A stretch of 63,944 nt of DNA, counting the filler, from Choristocarpus tenellus KU-1152 (Eukaryota; Protista; Phaeophyceae), in NCBI GenBank assembly GCA_964200185.2. It is 10 parts of 10 records of this genome, joined end to end, with 100 filler letters (N's around TTAATTAATTAA, not from the genome) between each part and the next. Parts side by side here need not be neighbours in the genome. Positions count along the whole stretch, not along the records: positions 1 to 3,087 come from CAXNAD020022409.1; positions 3,188 to 6,590 come from CAXNAD020020272.1; positions 6,691 to 10,869 come from CAXNAD020015826.1; positions 10,970 to 23,012 come from CAXNAD020002012.1; 6 more parts are not named here. One strand, written 5' to 3'. A program made the position numbers and the translations under genes. Each line of letters begins with the position of its first letter. Position 1 is the first letter of the stretch. Under the pieces are notes generated by a model. That model did no database searches. It had not been told where the DNA came from and saw only the letters and a list, made by a program, of their open reading frames with translations. Shown here in pieces: positions 1 to 13,600 of the stretch.

Positions 1-689
1 CCCCCCCCCCCCCCCCCCCCCTCGCTTCCATCCAGCCTCTCTCACATCATGGTGCACGACCCCGGATCCAGTACACAACATGCAGTTATTTCCTTTGCGC
101 TGACCAGTTGCATTGCATCGAGGACAAAGGTGCTGTGGGTCCCACGAGTAGCTGCTCCCACATTTAAGAAATAAAAGAGGTGAGAGATGAGATGGAGGGG
201 GTGGGGTCAGCTCTTATCAATTCCCGAGTAGATACTAGGGTTAGGGGGATACAACATCGCTCAGTTGTGGACATGTCATGTCATACTCGTGGGACAGATT
301 TATTTCGTATACGCAAAAAAACAAAATGTCGTATTATTAGTTACCTCTGCCTGTCTGTAGATTTTGATTGCATCAACGGATCAATTTGCAATAGTAATAG
401 CAACACCACAATAGTAAGATGGACGAAGCAAATGACGCTCAAACTTCGTGGAGATACCATGGAACAGAAAAGCAACACACAGAACACACTCGGACAAAAT
501 GACCAAAGGCAACACACACACACACACACACTTGGGAGCAAAGGAACAAACCCGACAAAACACGAGAGATCACTGAAAAAAAAATAGAAGAAACAAAAAA
601 AAAGATGCCATTAATAGTAAATCAAGTCAATCAAGTCAAAAAGGAAGAAATCTTACAAAAAAAAGGACAAAAAAAAAATGTCACAAGAG

Positions 690-3060
690 GAATGGCCCCC
701 CCCGCATTCAAACGCACTGTTGCAGTGTTGCAAAATACCTCATAGAAAAGAGGCACGGCCCTCAGCAAGAGCAGCACAAAGCACTCCCTATGAACATCGA
801 TTTTTGCATCAATTTCTTCGACATCAACAACGTGATACACATCCCTTGTAAGAACAAAAGACCTATGCATGTTCAAAAACAATAAGATACTTGCATCTAT
901 TGTTGGAATACATAAGCCTGCGCCAATATGTACTGCAACCAAACGCTCAGGCCCTCACAACATTGTCAAATACTCTTGAATAATAATAATAATACCGTGC
1001 TTGTCTTTATGAAACCAGACAAATTCAAAATACAACAAAAGACGAATTGCTAACAGGAACCCCAGTAGCACCACTAGAATTCCCATGCAAAACCAGGAAG
1101 GCCAGGTGTGAAGAAGATAGGATGGACCCACCCTCTTCCCTTCCACTCCACTCCACATAACCCTAAGCCTAAGCCTAGACAATATATATATATATCTGTA
1201 ATGTGCACGTAATCATCTCCCTTCCGACACTATTCACAAAAATAATTTTTCTTTTGACGTCCCAGACTTTTTTTTCCTCTGGACCAATTTGAACAACTCT
1301 TTTTCTGGAGCATTGTACTATTCCCCCCCCCCCCTCTTGCATGTAACCAAAATGAAAAAAGAACCAAGTTCTCACCCTACTCCGCCACAGTTAATACAGG
1401 GCTTAAAGTACAGGATAAGTCTTGAGCTGAAGTTGCACTTGATGCAGCGGCTAAATACCTTGTGGAGGAACTTTTGTCCATCACAGAGGTCACACACCCT
1501 TGAAAAGAAGCCTGTTATACCCTTGATCTTTTCGTCCGGCAGTTATCACAAAACACACACATTAGTTGTACACACACACACACACACACAACAAATAAGT
1601 TAATAGATTTGAGAGAAGGGGAGGAGAGGGGAGCGGTGGGCATACACAATACAGCCGGTGCACTATTGAAAATAATATTAATTGTAGGAGCAACACAACG
1701 TGAGACGCATCAAGGACTTTCATTGCCCATTAGCAGTTATCGTTATAAGGTACTCAAAAAGCAGGGCGAGAAAAGGGGGTGATCATGACAACATCAAACA
1801 GCTTGCCATCACAACAAGGTCGCATTGGCTGGAGAGTGAGCACTTCAATGGCTCTAGATGTTAATGACTAAATATAGGATATATGTATAGCAGTCATTGA
1901 CTCGAAGCATCCCTCATGCACATATCGATAAGTATTCTTGTACAATCTCATTTGCAACTTCAATACAGTAGTTGTTCGATCAGAATGATAGTATAGTACA
2001 TCTTTTTATCAGTTTCATGCTTCTTCCCATTGGCGTACCAGTGGGGAAGAGTCCCCAAAACACAACATAAACCAGTTGCTGCAAGGGTAAGATCAAGACG
2101 GGGTAAGGCAAGCCTTTAACAAAATACAGGGTAGAAAAATAAAAGGATTCATACATACATACATACATACATACATGCATAAACACTTTGAATTACATTG
2201 TATACTACAAATAGTGCAATTGAGACTCTGTGCCTCCCACGCCATACCCAAGTATGGCGAATAGGGATACACTTTTAATCAATCACATTCAATCCACAGT
2301 GCATGAGATGATGAAAAAGGACAACAGGCTGGCAAGGGGCCCCACATAAGACCCAATTTGTTTTTTTTCATAAACTCATTCTTGAGCCCTTTTCCCACTG
2401 CCAGTAGAACCATCTCCTGAAATATATGAGACAGACCATAACCCCACATTTCACCCAAGAAAAATGTCACCCTAGAGCAAGAACGGCCAAAACATGGAGG
2501 GGCAAGGCCCTGCATCAGAAGGAAGAACCCCTTGCTCCCATCATCCATTTGAAGGCATGCCACCATCTTGAAGGAATCATCTTCCTCTTACACATCCTGA
2601 TCCACACGCCTCTTACTCATCAAAGCGCTCACCACGATGTCCAAGGGAAGCTCTAGTGAAACCCTTAGCCCTTTCAGCAATCTCTCGACAAGGGAAGCAC
2701 AGGCATTGCGTGCATTGTACTGAGCGTCCCAACCGGGTCTACTATGCCCTTAGCATGTCCCGTCTTAATTGCTCTGCCTCCTGGATGGCAAACACATCTG
2801 GCTCTACGCAGGCACAAATTGAGCTATATTCTTTCGGAATGCCGTGAAGGTGTATTGTACTAGGGTCCAGATTGATGGCCAGCACTGTCAACTCTTGGTA
2901 TCACTTGTCTTGTACCCCTTGGGCTGCCTACTTTGACCCTCTAAAGAGCAATTTTGAACCCACTTCCAAAGTATGAAGAACAACTTATCATACCTTGTCG
3001 CCTGTCCACAGCAACACAGCCTTCTTTCCTGCCTTGTGTATTACACCTCCAGCTGAATCT
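690..3060 (-). mobile_element. Degenerate Ty1/copia LTR retrotransposon pol relic (RT to RNase H, ending in a polypurine tract)
   Basis: Minus-strand remnants occur in copia order: RAKGFT (~2660, cf. ARLVAKGFTQ), SRWWHAF (~2560), PTGTPM (~2035), DAKIDVHRE (~800, cf. KHIDVRYH), then RLNAGG with a G-rich tract (~695). Many stops and frameshifts. Confidence 0.6.
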
Positions 3061-3087
3061 CGACAAGGGCAAAGTCACCATTGTATG

Positions 3088-3187
3088 NNNNNNNNNNNNN
3101 NNNNNNNNNNNNNNNNNNNNNNNNNNNNNNNTTAATTAATTAANNNNNNNNNNNNNNNNNNNNNNNNNNNNNNNNNNNNNNNNNNNN
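3088..3187. other. Artificial contig-join spacer (44 N + TTAATTAATTAA + 44 N). Identical spacers at 6591-6690, 10870-10969, 23013-23112, 27648-27747, 30893-30992, 38084-38183, 51988-52087 and 60516-60615
   Basis: Nine identical 100-nt blocks, each with a 12-mer that places stop codons in all six frames. Confidence 0.97.
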
Positions 3188-6182
3188 GGGGGTTGGGGGG
3201 GGGGGGTGGGGGGGGGGGGGGTTGGGGGGGGGGGGGGTGGTGGGGGGGGTTCGGGGGGGGGGGGATACGGGGGCGGATTTGGAGGCGGCATGGGCAGGGG
3301 AGGCTTCGGTGGAGGTATGCCCTGTCTTATCTTCCCCCGGCATATATGCAGGTCTCCTATCAGGGTCTTTTTAGTTCCATGCAATTTTGAGAGAGTATTT
3401 CCTCATCTTCTTGGTGGTTTTTGGTGGGGCCATACGCATATTTCTCACCCTCCGGTGTATCTTCAATTATTACCTCCCCTTGATTGCACTGTTTCAACCC
3501 AAGTCTAATTAGATAGTTGGTAACTTAATTTAGGTTTAGGAGGCTCACTGATTCTATTATCACCCCCCTCCAATGGCAAAGGTGAACTGAATTCCAATAG
3601 CTGGTTTTCTCGATATGTTTGACCCAATGAACACCTTTGTGTGTGTGCCATGGAAATATTTTTTTCGTCACACATTTTTTCTTGCTATGCCCACGTATCC
3701 TAAAAGATCCATCGGGCTCAAGATCCGGTGATCCCCTTCTTGTCAACCGGTAAAACATGAGAGGGATGAGGGGTTGTCTTAAGAAGCCGCGAAACGGAAA
3801 GGGGGGGGGGGAGCGCAAGCTAGGGGAGAGGGGGGACAAAGCATTTAGCCCGCTTCGCTTGCAATGGTGATGATGGTGATCCATGCAATAAAGTGACTGG
3901 CCCGGTGTTCGTGTGGGGTGGAGGCACGTACGAAAGCCGCTAAGGAAAACGGAAGTGGGGGTGGGGCAGATTTCGTGCTTGACAGTACTTGGCTTTGGAC
4001 TAGCTTGGGGAAAAGATGGAGTCGCTTGATCACTGTGTGGATAAGAGAGGGAGGATGTGGCCGTTTGCGTGGGGGTTGGAGGGGCTTGCTCTGTTCTATT
4101 CTGAGGGAAGCATGGGCTGAAGGCAGACCTGAGTGGAACTCATGGAGAGGGCAATAGGTGGTCTTTGCCGGACAACCGGAAAGGCGCTGGAGAGCCAGCA
4201 GGTTGTGAAGAGCTGGCTCGCTCGGGTGGTAGGGGGGAGGGAAACATAGCATTTTGGGGGGGAGAGATGGGGATGGGGTTAGGATGCTTCGCTTGCTATA
4301 CTGCACTAAAGGCGGGAAGCTCACAGGTGCTGCATCCAAGCCCCTAAAAAATAACGCGGAATTTTTTACCGAATAATCGTATCCTCTCCTTTCTGTGTCT
4401 GAGCTCTTCCGCACTATGCAGAGAGTAGGGTGGGCACCAGAATTGCCAGGGAGCATGGTTGCTTCTTAAATTTCAACTGGCAATTCTTTTGGCTAGGTTC
4501 GGCTTAGCTATCTGTCTGGTTGCTTCAGTACAGTTGTCAGACTTAGACTCCCATCCGACTAGAGTACATGCCCCCTCCGCTCGGTTAATCTTGTACATTG
4601 CTGCATTGGCACTAAAGGTCTTTCAGCATCCTAGCCCATGGAGGCTATATCGGACAGGGAGGGAACCTAGTGTCCCCTATGTACGACCGGCAATTGAAAC
4701 ATAAATAGTCGTAGTAGTTACTGATCTTTTTTTTTGTCGAGAAATTTTGCACAGCTAGCATTAAACAACTGAAAGGACATGTGCCTTCTTCTCCTCCCAA
4801 CTTCTACGTGTAAGCATTACCTCCCTGGCTTGTGTCTTTTTTTTCCTTTTGCCACTCTTTTTTGCTTTTTATTGTAACAGGGCGTCAGACAGAGCACCGT
4901 GTGGTTGTAACTGGACTCCCACAAAGTGCAAGCTGGCAAGACCTAAAGGATCACATGCGTAAGGTGAGATATACAAATATACATTTGGAGTGCATCCTCT
5001 GTGATCCCTACTTGGTCTTTTGTCTCATTTTGGAGGTGCATAGTCAAAAGTTGAGCTCTATTCATAGTTGTACCGAGGGATTGACAACAGAATTGGGGAT
5101 GTGCTTTATGAGTGGAGGGATTTTGTGGACTTTTTCACCTTCTCTGATAATCTTGTGAATGACACCTCTTTCTTTTGCCGTGGAGTTTGTGTGAATGTGA
5201 GGAACCAAAGACAAGCTCAGGCATGCTTATTTTAACTAATATCTGTCATGTGTGCTCTTCTTTGCAAACAGGCAGGAGATGTAACCTATGCCGATGTGGA
5301 TCACAAGGGCGGTGGGGTTGTGCACTACAGCAATTCTGATGATATGGACTATGCCTTGCGTAAGCTTGACGGTTCTGAGTTTGCCAACCGATATGACAGT
5401 GCCCAGATCATGGTGAGAGGAATATGGGGTCTATGCAAATCTTTCGAAATAATGCCTGTGCACAAGTGGTGTTCGGGTTCTATTTTTTTGTTTGAGCATA
5501 CAACAAGTGGTTTTTCTCAATTCTTTACTTTAGTTTGAATATCTTGACCTTTGTTGCACTTGGTAGGGGGAAAAGGCAGGTGTTGACCAGTGACTCCCCA
5601 AGATATTTATTTGGTGGAGTTCGATGGATTATTTTGACACAAAAAATGCCTGGAGATGCAAAGGCAAGAAGTTCAGGAATTTAGAATATAATGCTCGAGT
5701 AGGCATTTGAAAACCTTATTTTTTAGCGAATGTACTGTCCACATGCACATTCAAACTGTATCGTAACGAGTGCTTGATTTTAACCATACCACCATCAAAG
5801 GCCGTTTAGTCTTTGCAAGCCCCCAACTCTCCTCACTTGTTGCCCCCTCTCACCCTCTCCTTTGTGCACTACCTATGCCCTCATTATAGCTTCCCTCTTT
5901 CCTGTTCCTAACTAGCTGCTGACATCTTGCCTGGTCCCCGCTCTCCCTTTTGCCCCCGTGCATTCTTTTTGTTTTGTATCACGTAATATATGTATTACAT
6001 GCCTTGTGTACATGTGTAACATATATTAATTGTGTCAGGTCCTTCCGCACCGTGACTCGGCTCGCCGTGACAGTCGCAGTCGCTCCCGTAGTCGCTCCCG
6101 GTCCCCCAGGCGCCGGCGCAGCCCTCCCCCTAGGGAGAGAGACCGCTCTCCAATTGGGAGGTCCAGGTCTAGGTCTCGGTAA
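3188..6182 (+). CDS. SRSF1: SR splicing factor, SRSF1/ASF-SF2-like (5'-partial; Gly hinge + pseudo-RRM2 + RS domain)
   Basis: Exons <3188-3314, 4881-4963, 5272-5412 and 6039-6182 have GT-AG ends and consistent phases (1,0,0). Product: [84 protein letters not shown]...[42 protein letters not shown] is the diagnostic pseudo-RRM motif. Confidence 0.93.
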
Positions 6183-6690
6183 TGACCTGGATAGATGGGA
6201 ATTAAGTAGGATGGAGAAGGGGCATGAGAAGGTGGGAGGTGGTGAGAGGAAAGGCTGGTGGGAGTGGAATCAAATACGAGGTTTTTGTCGCTACCATATT
6301 TTCATGTGGGTTGGTTGAATCAGTGAATTTGGGTCGACAGGAGCCTTAGTTCTATGTGAGGGGAGGTATACAAAGATTCATTCAGTTACAGTTTGTATCA
6401 TATTGAGGTTGCAGGAGGGAAGCTGTAGGGGATTGCAAGGCGGGACCATTGGTGGAAGAATTAATAAGCAGATCCGAGGAGGAATTTGTCCCTCACTTGC
6501 AAGTAGAAGCTAACATGAATGGGTGGGGGGGGGGGACAGGGGGGGGAAAAGGGAAAGCATAGATCCAGGGGGGAAAACTTCCTGCCCAGGNNNNNNNNNN
6601 NNNNNNNNNNNNNNNNNNNNNNNNNNNNNNNNNNTTAATTAATTAANNNNNNNNNNNNNNNNNNNNNNNNNNNNNNNNNNNNNNNNNNNN

Positions 6691-6843
6691 CTGTCTGGAC
6701 CTTGAACCTGATAGGTTCCAATAGGTAATGGACCTATACTGGACATGTCAAAAATCAATGGAACTGAACCTGTCTGGACCTTGAACCTGATAGGTTCCAA
6801 TAGGTAATGGACCTAATCTGGACATGTCAAAAATCAATGGAAT
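6691..6843. repeat. 79-bp tandem duplication (about 2 copies) at a contig start
   Basis: CTGTCTGGACCTTGAACCTGATAGGTTCC... occurs at 6691 and at 6770. Confidence 0.85.
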
Positions 6844-7559
6844 CGTTCCAGTTGATAGACTGATCCCTTGGTATTTGCCTGGCCTGATAAAAAAACCTGC
6901 TAAATTGATCCTTGAAATTATCAAGACTAACTTAACAGTGATGCAATAACAACGACTCTCAAGGTATGACACACCAAAATACCGATCAAGGATGACCTTT
7001 CCTGACCAGTTAGTAGTGCTAGTCTATATTATTGTCGTAGTCACGCTGTCATCGATATTTCATATAAACTTGTTTGTGTTTGGTCACTACATTAGTCCAC
7101 TTGAGCTATATATCCACCCTCAACAATCACAGACCCTCTCCTCTACAAAGAATAGAATGAATAGAATAGAATAGAATAATGTTGGTTTAATCAAAATCTG
7201 TTGTCTCAAGGCAAAACACTTGCATATGCAGTCCCCTTATGAACAACCACAAAAAATGGTTAGGGTTAGGGTAGTACATGGTGTAGGCGTAATTGATTTG
7301 TCAATGCAGAATTTAAATGATTACTGGAACACTCTAGTTATGATGCTGATAGGAGTCTTTAAAATGGAGATGAGTGGTACACAACTACTATAATTGCTAT
7401 TATTTTCATTCAAGGTACACTGCATTGAAAATTACTAGTACTGTATATGTATGTATGTATGTATGTATGTACTGAGTTTGTCTTGTCCAGTCTTACACTG
7501 TTGTTTATTTTTCTATTGTGACACATATTATTGTGTATGTTGATTGGACCGCCACAAAA

Positions 7560-7598
<39 letters not shown>

Positions 7599-8045
7599 GG
7601 TTGAAAACACAGGCGTCACTGCATTAGAGCATGAGCAACAGTAGGTACACCAGATAAAAAAAAGAAAAGATGAAAGCTTTTTGACAGAATCTATTTTCAA
7701 ACAAAGACACAAACTATTGAAGAGTTTCAGGTCAACCAATTTCTACGATATTTTTTTTTTTTAAATCGGATTTGAGGGTTAGGGTTAGGGTTAGCTCGGC
7801 CAGTTAAATGAAGCCCTTACCACTCTTGAATGACTTGAATGAAATTAATAACCCTTAACCACAAGTTGGTCCATACACCACTCTGTAGTATTCTGGAATA
7901 ATTTTTTCCTAGAGCAATCCGGTCGTTCCCATTTCCTTTCAGTGTAATTTTTTAATATTAATTTTCTTTTTTGTTTTTTATTTTATGTAACGTAGAGTAT
8001 ATACATTCCATAAAACAATAAAAAAAGGTTGGAGCAATCAACCAG

Positions 8046-8079
<34 letters not shown>

Positions 8080-8351
8080 CTCAAAATCAGAAATAAACAA
8101 AAATATGTGCAGTTCAATTTTTTATTGAAGCCCCCCCCCAAAAAAACGCATACACATCAATAAAAAAATCAATAAAAAGAAAATAAAAAATCAATAAAAC
8201 CATTCAGTTTGTCTCGGATAGGTTGTCAGATGGCCAAAACAAACACGTGTCACTTTGAATCAACACTCAAGGACCTCCAGTCTTCATCATCACTGACTAG
8301 AAAAAGAAAAAGAAAAAAACATTCGAGTGCCACAAAATAAAAAATACCTAT

Positions 8352-8412
8352 GAGGGTTAGGAATAGGGTTAGGGTTAGGGATAGGGATAGGGATAGGGAT
8401 AGGGATAGGGAT
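8352..8412 (+). repeat. Interstitial telomere-like array (TTAGGG grading into ATAGGG); shorter TTAGGG runs at ~7259, ~7776 and ~12828
   Basis: GGGTTAGGGTTAGGGATAGGGATAGGG... seen directly. Confidence 0.85.
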
Positions 8413-8525
8413 AGGGATAGGGATAGAGTTAGTGTTGGAGATGGGTAACACTACTGAGGCAAAGGCACTGAACAGAAATATACAGAAATATACAGAAATA
8501 TACTATACTAAGTCACACGCATCAC

Positions 8526-8723
8526 CTGTGCATAAGATCAATCACCCCTAAACCCCCCACCCGCCCATTGGCAGCATCAAGAATCGATTCCAGCTCATGC
8601 ATACCTCCCCCAGCAAAGGGATTGAGGGCACTCCGCCCCCGTAGCTGCCATGAGCGCTCCAGGGCTTCCTGAAAATGGCCACGGGACGGATGGTCGGACG
8701 GTACACCAACTTGAGAGGTATAC
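8526..8723 (-). CDS. Candidate internal exon of an unidentified protein
   Basis: CTTTTCAAG acceptor and GTGAT donor, 198 nt, only one open frame: YTSQVGVPSDHPSRGHFQEALERSWQLRGRSALNPFAGGGMHELESILDAANGRVGGLGVIDLMH. Family not recognised. Confidence 0.45.
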
Positions 8724-8824
8724 CTTGAAAAGGAACCAGGCAGCAGAGGCACACTGGCACAAAGTGTGACAAGGATTGCTGGAGATGAATTTAAAGAGGG
8801 CTTCAACAGGTGTAGGACTGTTGA

Positions 8825-9045
8825 GGCTCAAAGTATCTGGGGGGGGGGGGGGGGGGGGGGGGGGTGGGTTTCTGGGGCCCTTTTTTTCGTCGCGGTGTTT
8901 TGGTGTNNNNNNNNNNGGGGGGAGACGAAGGCAGGAGGCTGGAGGGGGGGGGGGGGGGGGAAGGGGGGAGCCCGGCTGTCCTTTCAGGGCCCATTTTTCC
9001 ATGTCACGATTTTTGTGTGATTTGTTTGCATGCGACTGTCCTGAG
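8825..9045 (+). mobile_element. MITE family B copy (partial, contains an internal gap)
   Basis: Starts GGCTCAAAGTATCTGGGGG. Internal CCCATTTTTCCATGTCACGATTTTTGTGTGATTTG is shared with 57662-57843. Confidence 0.75.
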
Positions 9046-9665
9046 AAATCAGAGACTGTTACCAATACAATCACGGAAAAGGTTTGACAGGTAGGGGTAC
9101 GTATGCATGGCAGTACAAGGTACAAACTGCTGAAGGCGTAAAGCTGAGAACCTGTCAGGCGTGTATCGTTGAACAGCAGTGATATATATATAAATATAAA
9201 TATTTTATCGTACCCCGCCGATTATCGACATCCTTGATTAGTGATGGACCCTTATTGGGGGGAGGGGTTCTACTGGTCGTTCTTGACGTTAAAATAAAAA
9301 AGAGCCGTTCCATCGCATTTCAGGAGGCGCTTTCTCTTTTATTTTATTTTATTTTCTTAACATACGGATACTGAAGAAAAAAAAGTGAAAAAAACAAAAC
9401 AAAATTAAGATTTCGACAGTTAAAAAAAAAACTAAGATAATTAAAAACTACAAAAAAATCTTCAACCGAGGGTACAAAAAATAAAAAATAAAAAAAACAA
9501 ATACATAAATATACATATATAATACACCTAGGTCTTGCTCGCTTTCACTCCCCAGCGCCCCCGGGAAGGCGAGGTAGTGGTGCATCCGTCACGAGACCAT
9601 CGAAGGCGTATTTCTACTCTTTTTTGTAGCAGTAATAAGAAGCAGCAGGCTCCCCCCCCCCCCCC

Positions 9666-9696
<31 letters not shown>

Positions 9697-9785
9697 CAGG
9701 AAAACAAAAAAAAAAAAAAAAAAAAAAAAAGAGTTTTTTAAAATATTTTATAAAAAAAAAAAAAAAAAAAAAAAACAACACCCAC

Positions 9786-9819
<34 letters not shown>

Positions 9820-11139
9820 TCGGTCAGTGTCGCCTTAGGGACTGACTAGGCATCAGTTTCGCGCTACACCTCTCACTCACTACTGCCTTAAACCATCACG
9901 GTAGCAATAGAAGCATGAACGAGCTCATATGTCCGTTCTAGGTATAGCGCGCTAAAAGGTAGCACACCCTAACCCTGGGGAACGCGGTCGTTTTCCACTA
10001 CTGTAACAGTAAAAGAGCCGGTGCTGCCATAGCAAAGGAAAAACAAACAAACAAAAAAAACACACACACACACACACAATGAAAAAAAAAATTATATGTC
10101 CTCCGCCATCAAAAACGGAACGTCAGACGTCGATTGATGTGGACAAACAAAACAGGGAGGACGACGCATGCTCTCTCTACTGAAGAACAAAATAAAAAAA
10201 GTCGACACTCATCGCCCTGAGTAGTAGTGGTAACCCATCCACTGTATATGCATGATCGGACACGTTCACACGAGCATCTATAACAAACCCCACTGCTGCT
10301 GGCCGCCGAGATGCTAATTTTATCAACTGGCAGTTACAACAATTCTATATGACGCAATCCCAGTGATAATGCCCAGGTAATGTCGATGACCAATTGTGTC
10401 AAGATCAGCACACGTTGCCGTAACTGCAACGACAGAGTCAGTCAGTCAATCGTAACTCTCAGAAAAAAAGAAAGAAGAAGGACCGACAACAACTGACGTC
10501 AAAAACAAACGCCTGCACAAATACTACTATCTCCGTAGTCACACCCACACCAACACCAGTCGCGATCATTGCCGACACACCTTCATATCACCAAGATACA
10601 AGATCAACAGACATATATATATTAAAAAAAAAAAAACAGGATACAAGATCAACACCCGCGACAGCCGAACATAACGCCATCTCACCCAATACCAATGTCA
10701 GGATCGACGACAACACCAATTCCAACAAATCAACACAACCAGCAAGCACGCCACCAACATCAATACCAACACCAGCAACAGCTACAGACTGCTACAGAGT
10801 GCTACAGAGTGCCGCACCTGCTTGCACTCAGGGCAGGCAAACACGCCGCTGGGGGGGGGGGGCACTTCCNNNNNNNNNNNNNNNNNNNNNNNNNNNNNNN
10901 NNNNNNNNNNNNNTTAATTAATTAANNNNNNNNNNNNNNNNNNNNNNNNNNNNNNNNNNNNNNNNNNNNAAAAAAACAAAAGAAGGAAGGTGGGATTGTG
11001 GGCCCCGCTTTTTTTTTTTTTTTGGGGGGGGGGAGTTGAGAACATAGGTCCAGAACACTTGGTGGATCAATTATCTACCCAGACTCTTTGGCGAATGATA
11101 CGTCCAACGATATATACACCGACCGCTCTTGGAATAAAC

Positions 11140-13565
11140 TCAAGGGTGCCCGTTGTGTATTAATGTGCCCCCAACCGACTAAGTACATTAGCAAATAATG
11201 AAACAGTGCTTAGACACATTAATTTCGACCATAAAGCTGTTGGACAGGACTGGACAGGACTGTGAGTGATGTACACAAGACCAAATGCACCAGAAATCAG
11301 AGGCAGCAAGCACATGTGCTTCAAGACATGCACATTGTGCAATAATATTCAAGACATGCGAACCAAGAACAATAATATTATCACACCTATTCAAGACATA
11401 CGCCAATCTTCCTACTACTCAATACACAAGATTGGGGAAGATTGGGGCAAATTGGAGGGGGGCGGGGGCGGGGGGGGCGGAATGCTTGACCTCTCAACAC
11501 ACTGCAAAATCCATCACCGCTAAATGTAGATTAACATATTAACATATTAATTCTATTCTAGAAGTTGCCATCACAACCCCCTAATCTCCCTCCTTCATTT
11601 TCCCAAGCACAACTGCCAAAGAACAGCCAAACACACAACCTCCCTCCAACTCTTGTATCTTTTCCTGCTAAAACTGTAACTGTGGGTAAGTATTTCTTAC
11701 ATTCTAACAAAACACTGCTGCAACCTCCCCCAATGAGTATGATGTGGAGGTATGACCAGCAAACACGCACATACAGAAAACAAAAAAAAGGTGAGCCTCA
11801 ACCATTTTCTGAATGGAATGCTCAGTGAAGGTACTACATCCCAATAGTACATCGCAATAAAAGAGCCCATAAATCCACATTCGTTTGCTTCCCCAAGGGA
11901 CTTAGTACCACAAAACAAAGGAGTTTCTCCATGTTTTCAACAACAGATGGTGGTGGCAGAGGGTACCCACCCTACCCTCTCCCCACCAGTGGGCATCAAG
12001 GCACAAAAACTACCCCGACAGTCCACACACAACAGAAGAACAGCAACCCCCCAACAAATGCACTGTGTGGCAAACAAATAACACTTGACCTTTCCATTAC
12101 CCTCACCTTTTTCCTCTTCCTAGGCCCTCTCTTACACACGCCACCAGAAGGAGAAGCAGAAGTTATACCAACACCACCACCTGCCACACCTGCAGCAGCT
12201 GGGGCAGACCCCAACAGTGGCATGCTGTTGCCTGTTGCCACGGTAGGGGAATTTTCTGCCAGGAACACCATACTTGAGCCTATTTCGATCTCCCCTATTT
12301 CCTCACCTTCTCGAATATCAGCTGTTGTAAGACCCCCAGCACCAGACAGAGCAACCCCCTCCCCCTCTGGTCCTGTTCCTTCACCTAACCTTACTGCTTC
12401 CACTGCAAGCTCCCCTCCCCGCCCTTCCCCCTCTGCCCCTGCCCCAAGTCCTACCCCGGTCCCACCTATTGCAGTTGTTGATATATACTTGTCTGGCGTA
12501 GCTGTAGACGGGGTTTCCCCTTGATTTTGTTGTTGTGAGTTGAACGTGAAGTTGATCTTTCTAAGGTAGTGGAATCTACCCTCCACCTTCGAACATGGGC
12601 AGTTGTCAGTCATCAGCAGACAACCAACATTGGGGAGAGAGAGAGGTGACTAGGGGGAGGCGCTGTATGCATGAGTGTGCACTTTTGGTTGGGAGAGAGA
12701 GAGATGACTATTAACAGTGGCAAGTCTCAGACCCAAGGTTTGAGTCTCCTCAGAAAGATTGTGTGTCTCTCAGCTTGCACCATGTGCAAACAGCAATCAC
12801 TCCTCAGTTGAGTTTCGGACCATTTCAGGTTAGGGTTAGGGTTAGGATTAGTGTATAGTATAGTGTAAGATGGGTGAACGGAATCAGCACACGTCTCCAA
12901 AAGGCCGCACCTTGCACCTGATTACGGCAGTGTGAAGTGAATGCATTCCATCTCTCTGAAACCCTAACATCTATCCATACCCCCCAAAAAAACACTATCA
13001 TGCAAAAATGGCAGCACCAAATCAACTCAACATTTGCTCAAGGTTAAAACTAGTAGAGGTCCATTCATAGAGAGTACCTTGTGCACCGGAAATATCTGTT
13101 ACATAATAGTTGCAACGCCAGCAAGACACTTGCATTAAAAATCCTACCACGACAGTCAGCGCAGCTATGTATGTATGTATGTATGTATGTATGTATATAC
13201 CCCATGTGTAATTTGCAACTGACCTGGTGAGGCAAGCAAACGGATACTGACAATCAAAAAACAAATGGTTTCTACTGTGACTGCATGGAAATAACATTTT
13301 TTTCTGTCTTTCGAATGTGTGCACATGTGCAAGTCAGCTCACCTGTGATGGGCGCAGGCCCAGACTCTTTGCAAACCCCTCTAGTTGCTTGGAACGACCA
13401 CGCAGCGTTCCCCCCCACTCGTGAAACTTCTCCTCACAGGCCTCTATCTGCTTCTGGGAAAGCCTATGAGAGGAATAGAACACCCAACACCCAATAACCA
13501 ACACCGTATTGAAGGAGATGAAAAAAAAACATATATTTTGTAGTTGTATATATATATATATATAT

Positions 13566-13600
<35 letters not shown>

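Noticed and set aside
3136-3384. Proline-rich extensin/formin-like ORFs (also 8595-9125 and 28001-28289)
   Set aside because: They arise from poly-G/poly-C runs and N gaps, or are antisense to the Gly-rich SR exon. Homopolymer lengths are unreliable.
9967-9976. CCCTAACCCT as a telomerase RNA template
   Set aside because: Near-identical motifs occur at other unrelated sites (~19358, ~20982), and I see no supporting promoter or structure.
11931-12524. 197-aa plus-strand Pro/Ser-rich ORF
   Set aside because: It is the antisense shadow of the minus-strand exon 12586-12107, which has proper splice sites and completes the second homeodomain-like repeat.
13078-13165. Possible zinc-finger exon (CADCRGRIFN) on the minus strand
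   Set aside because: It would split helix 3 of the second homeodomain-like repeat, and its phase does not fit. The direct 13343-12586 junction matches repeat 1.
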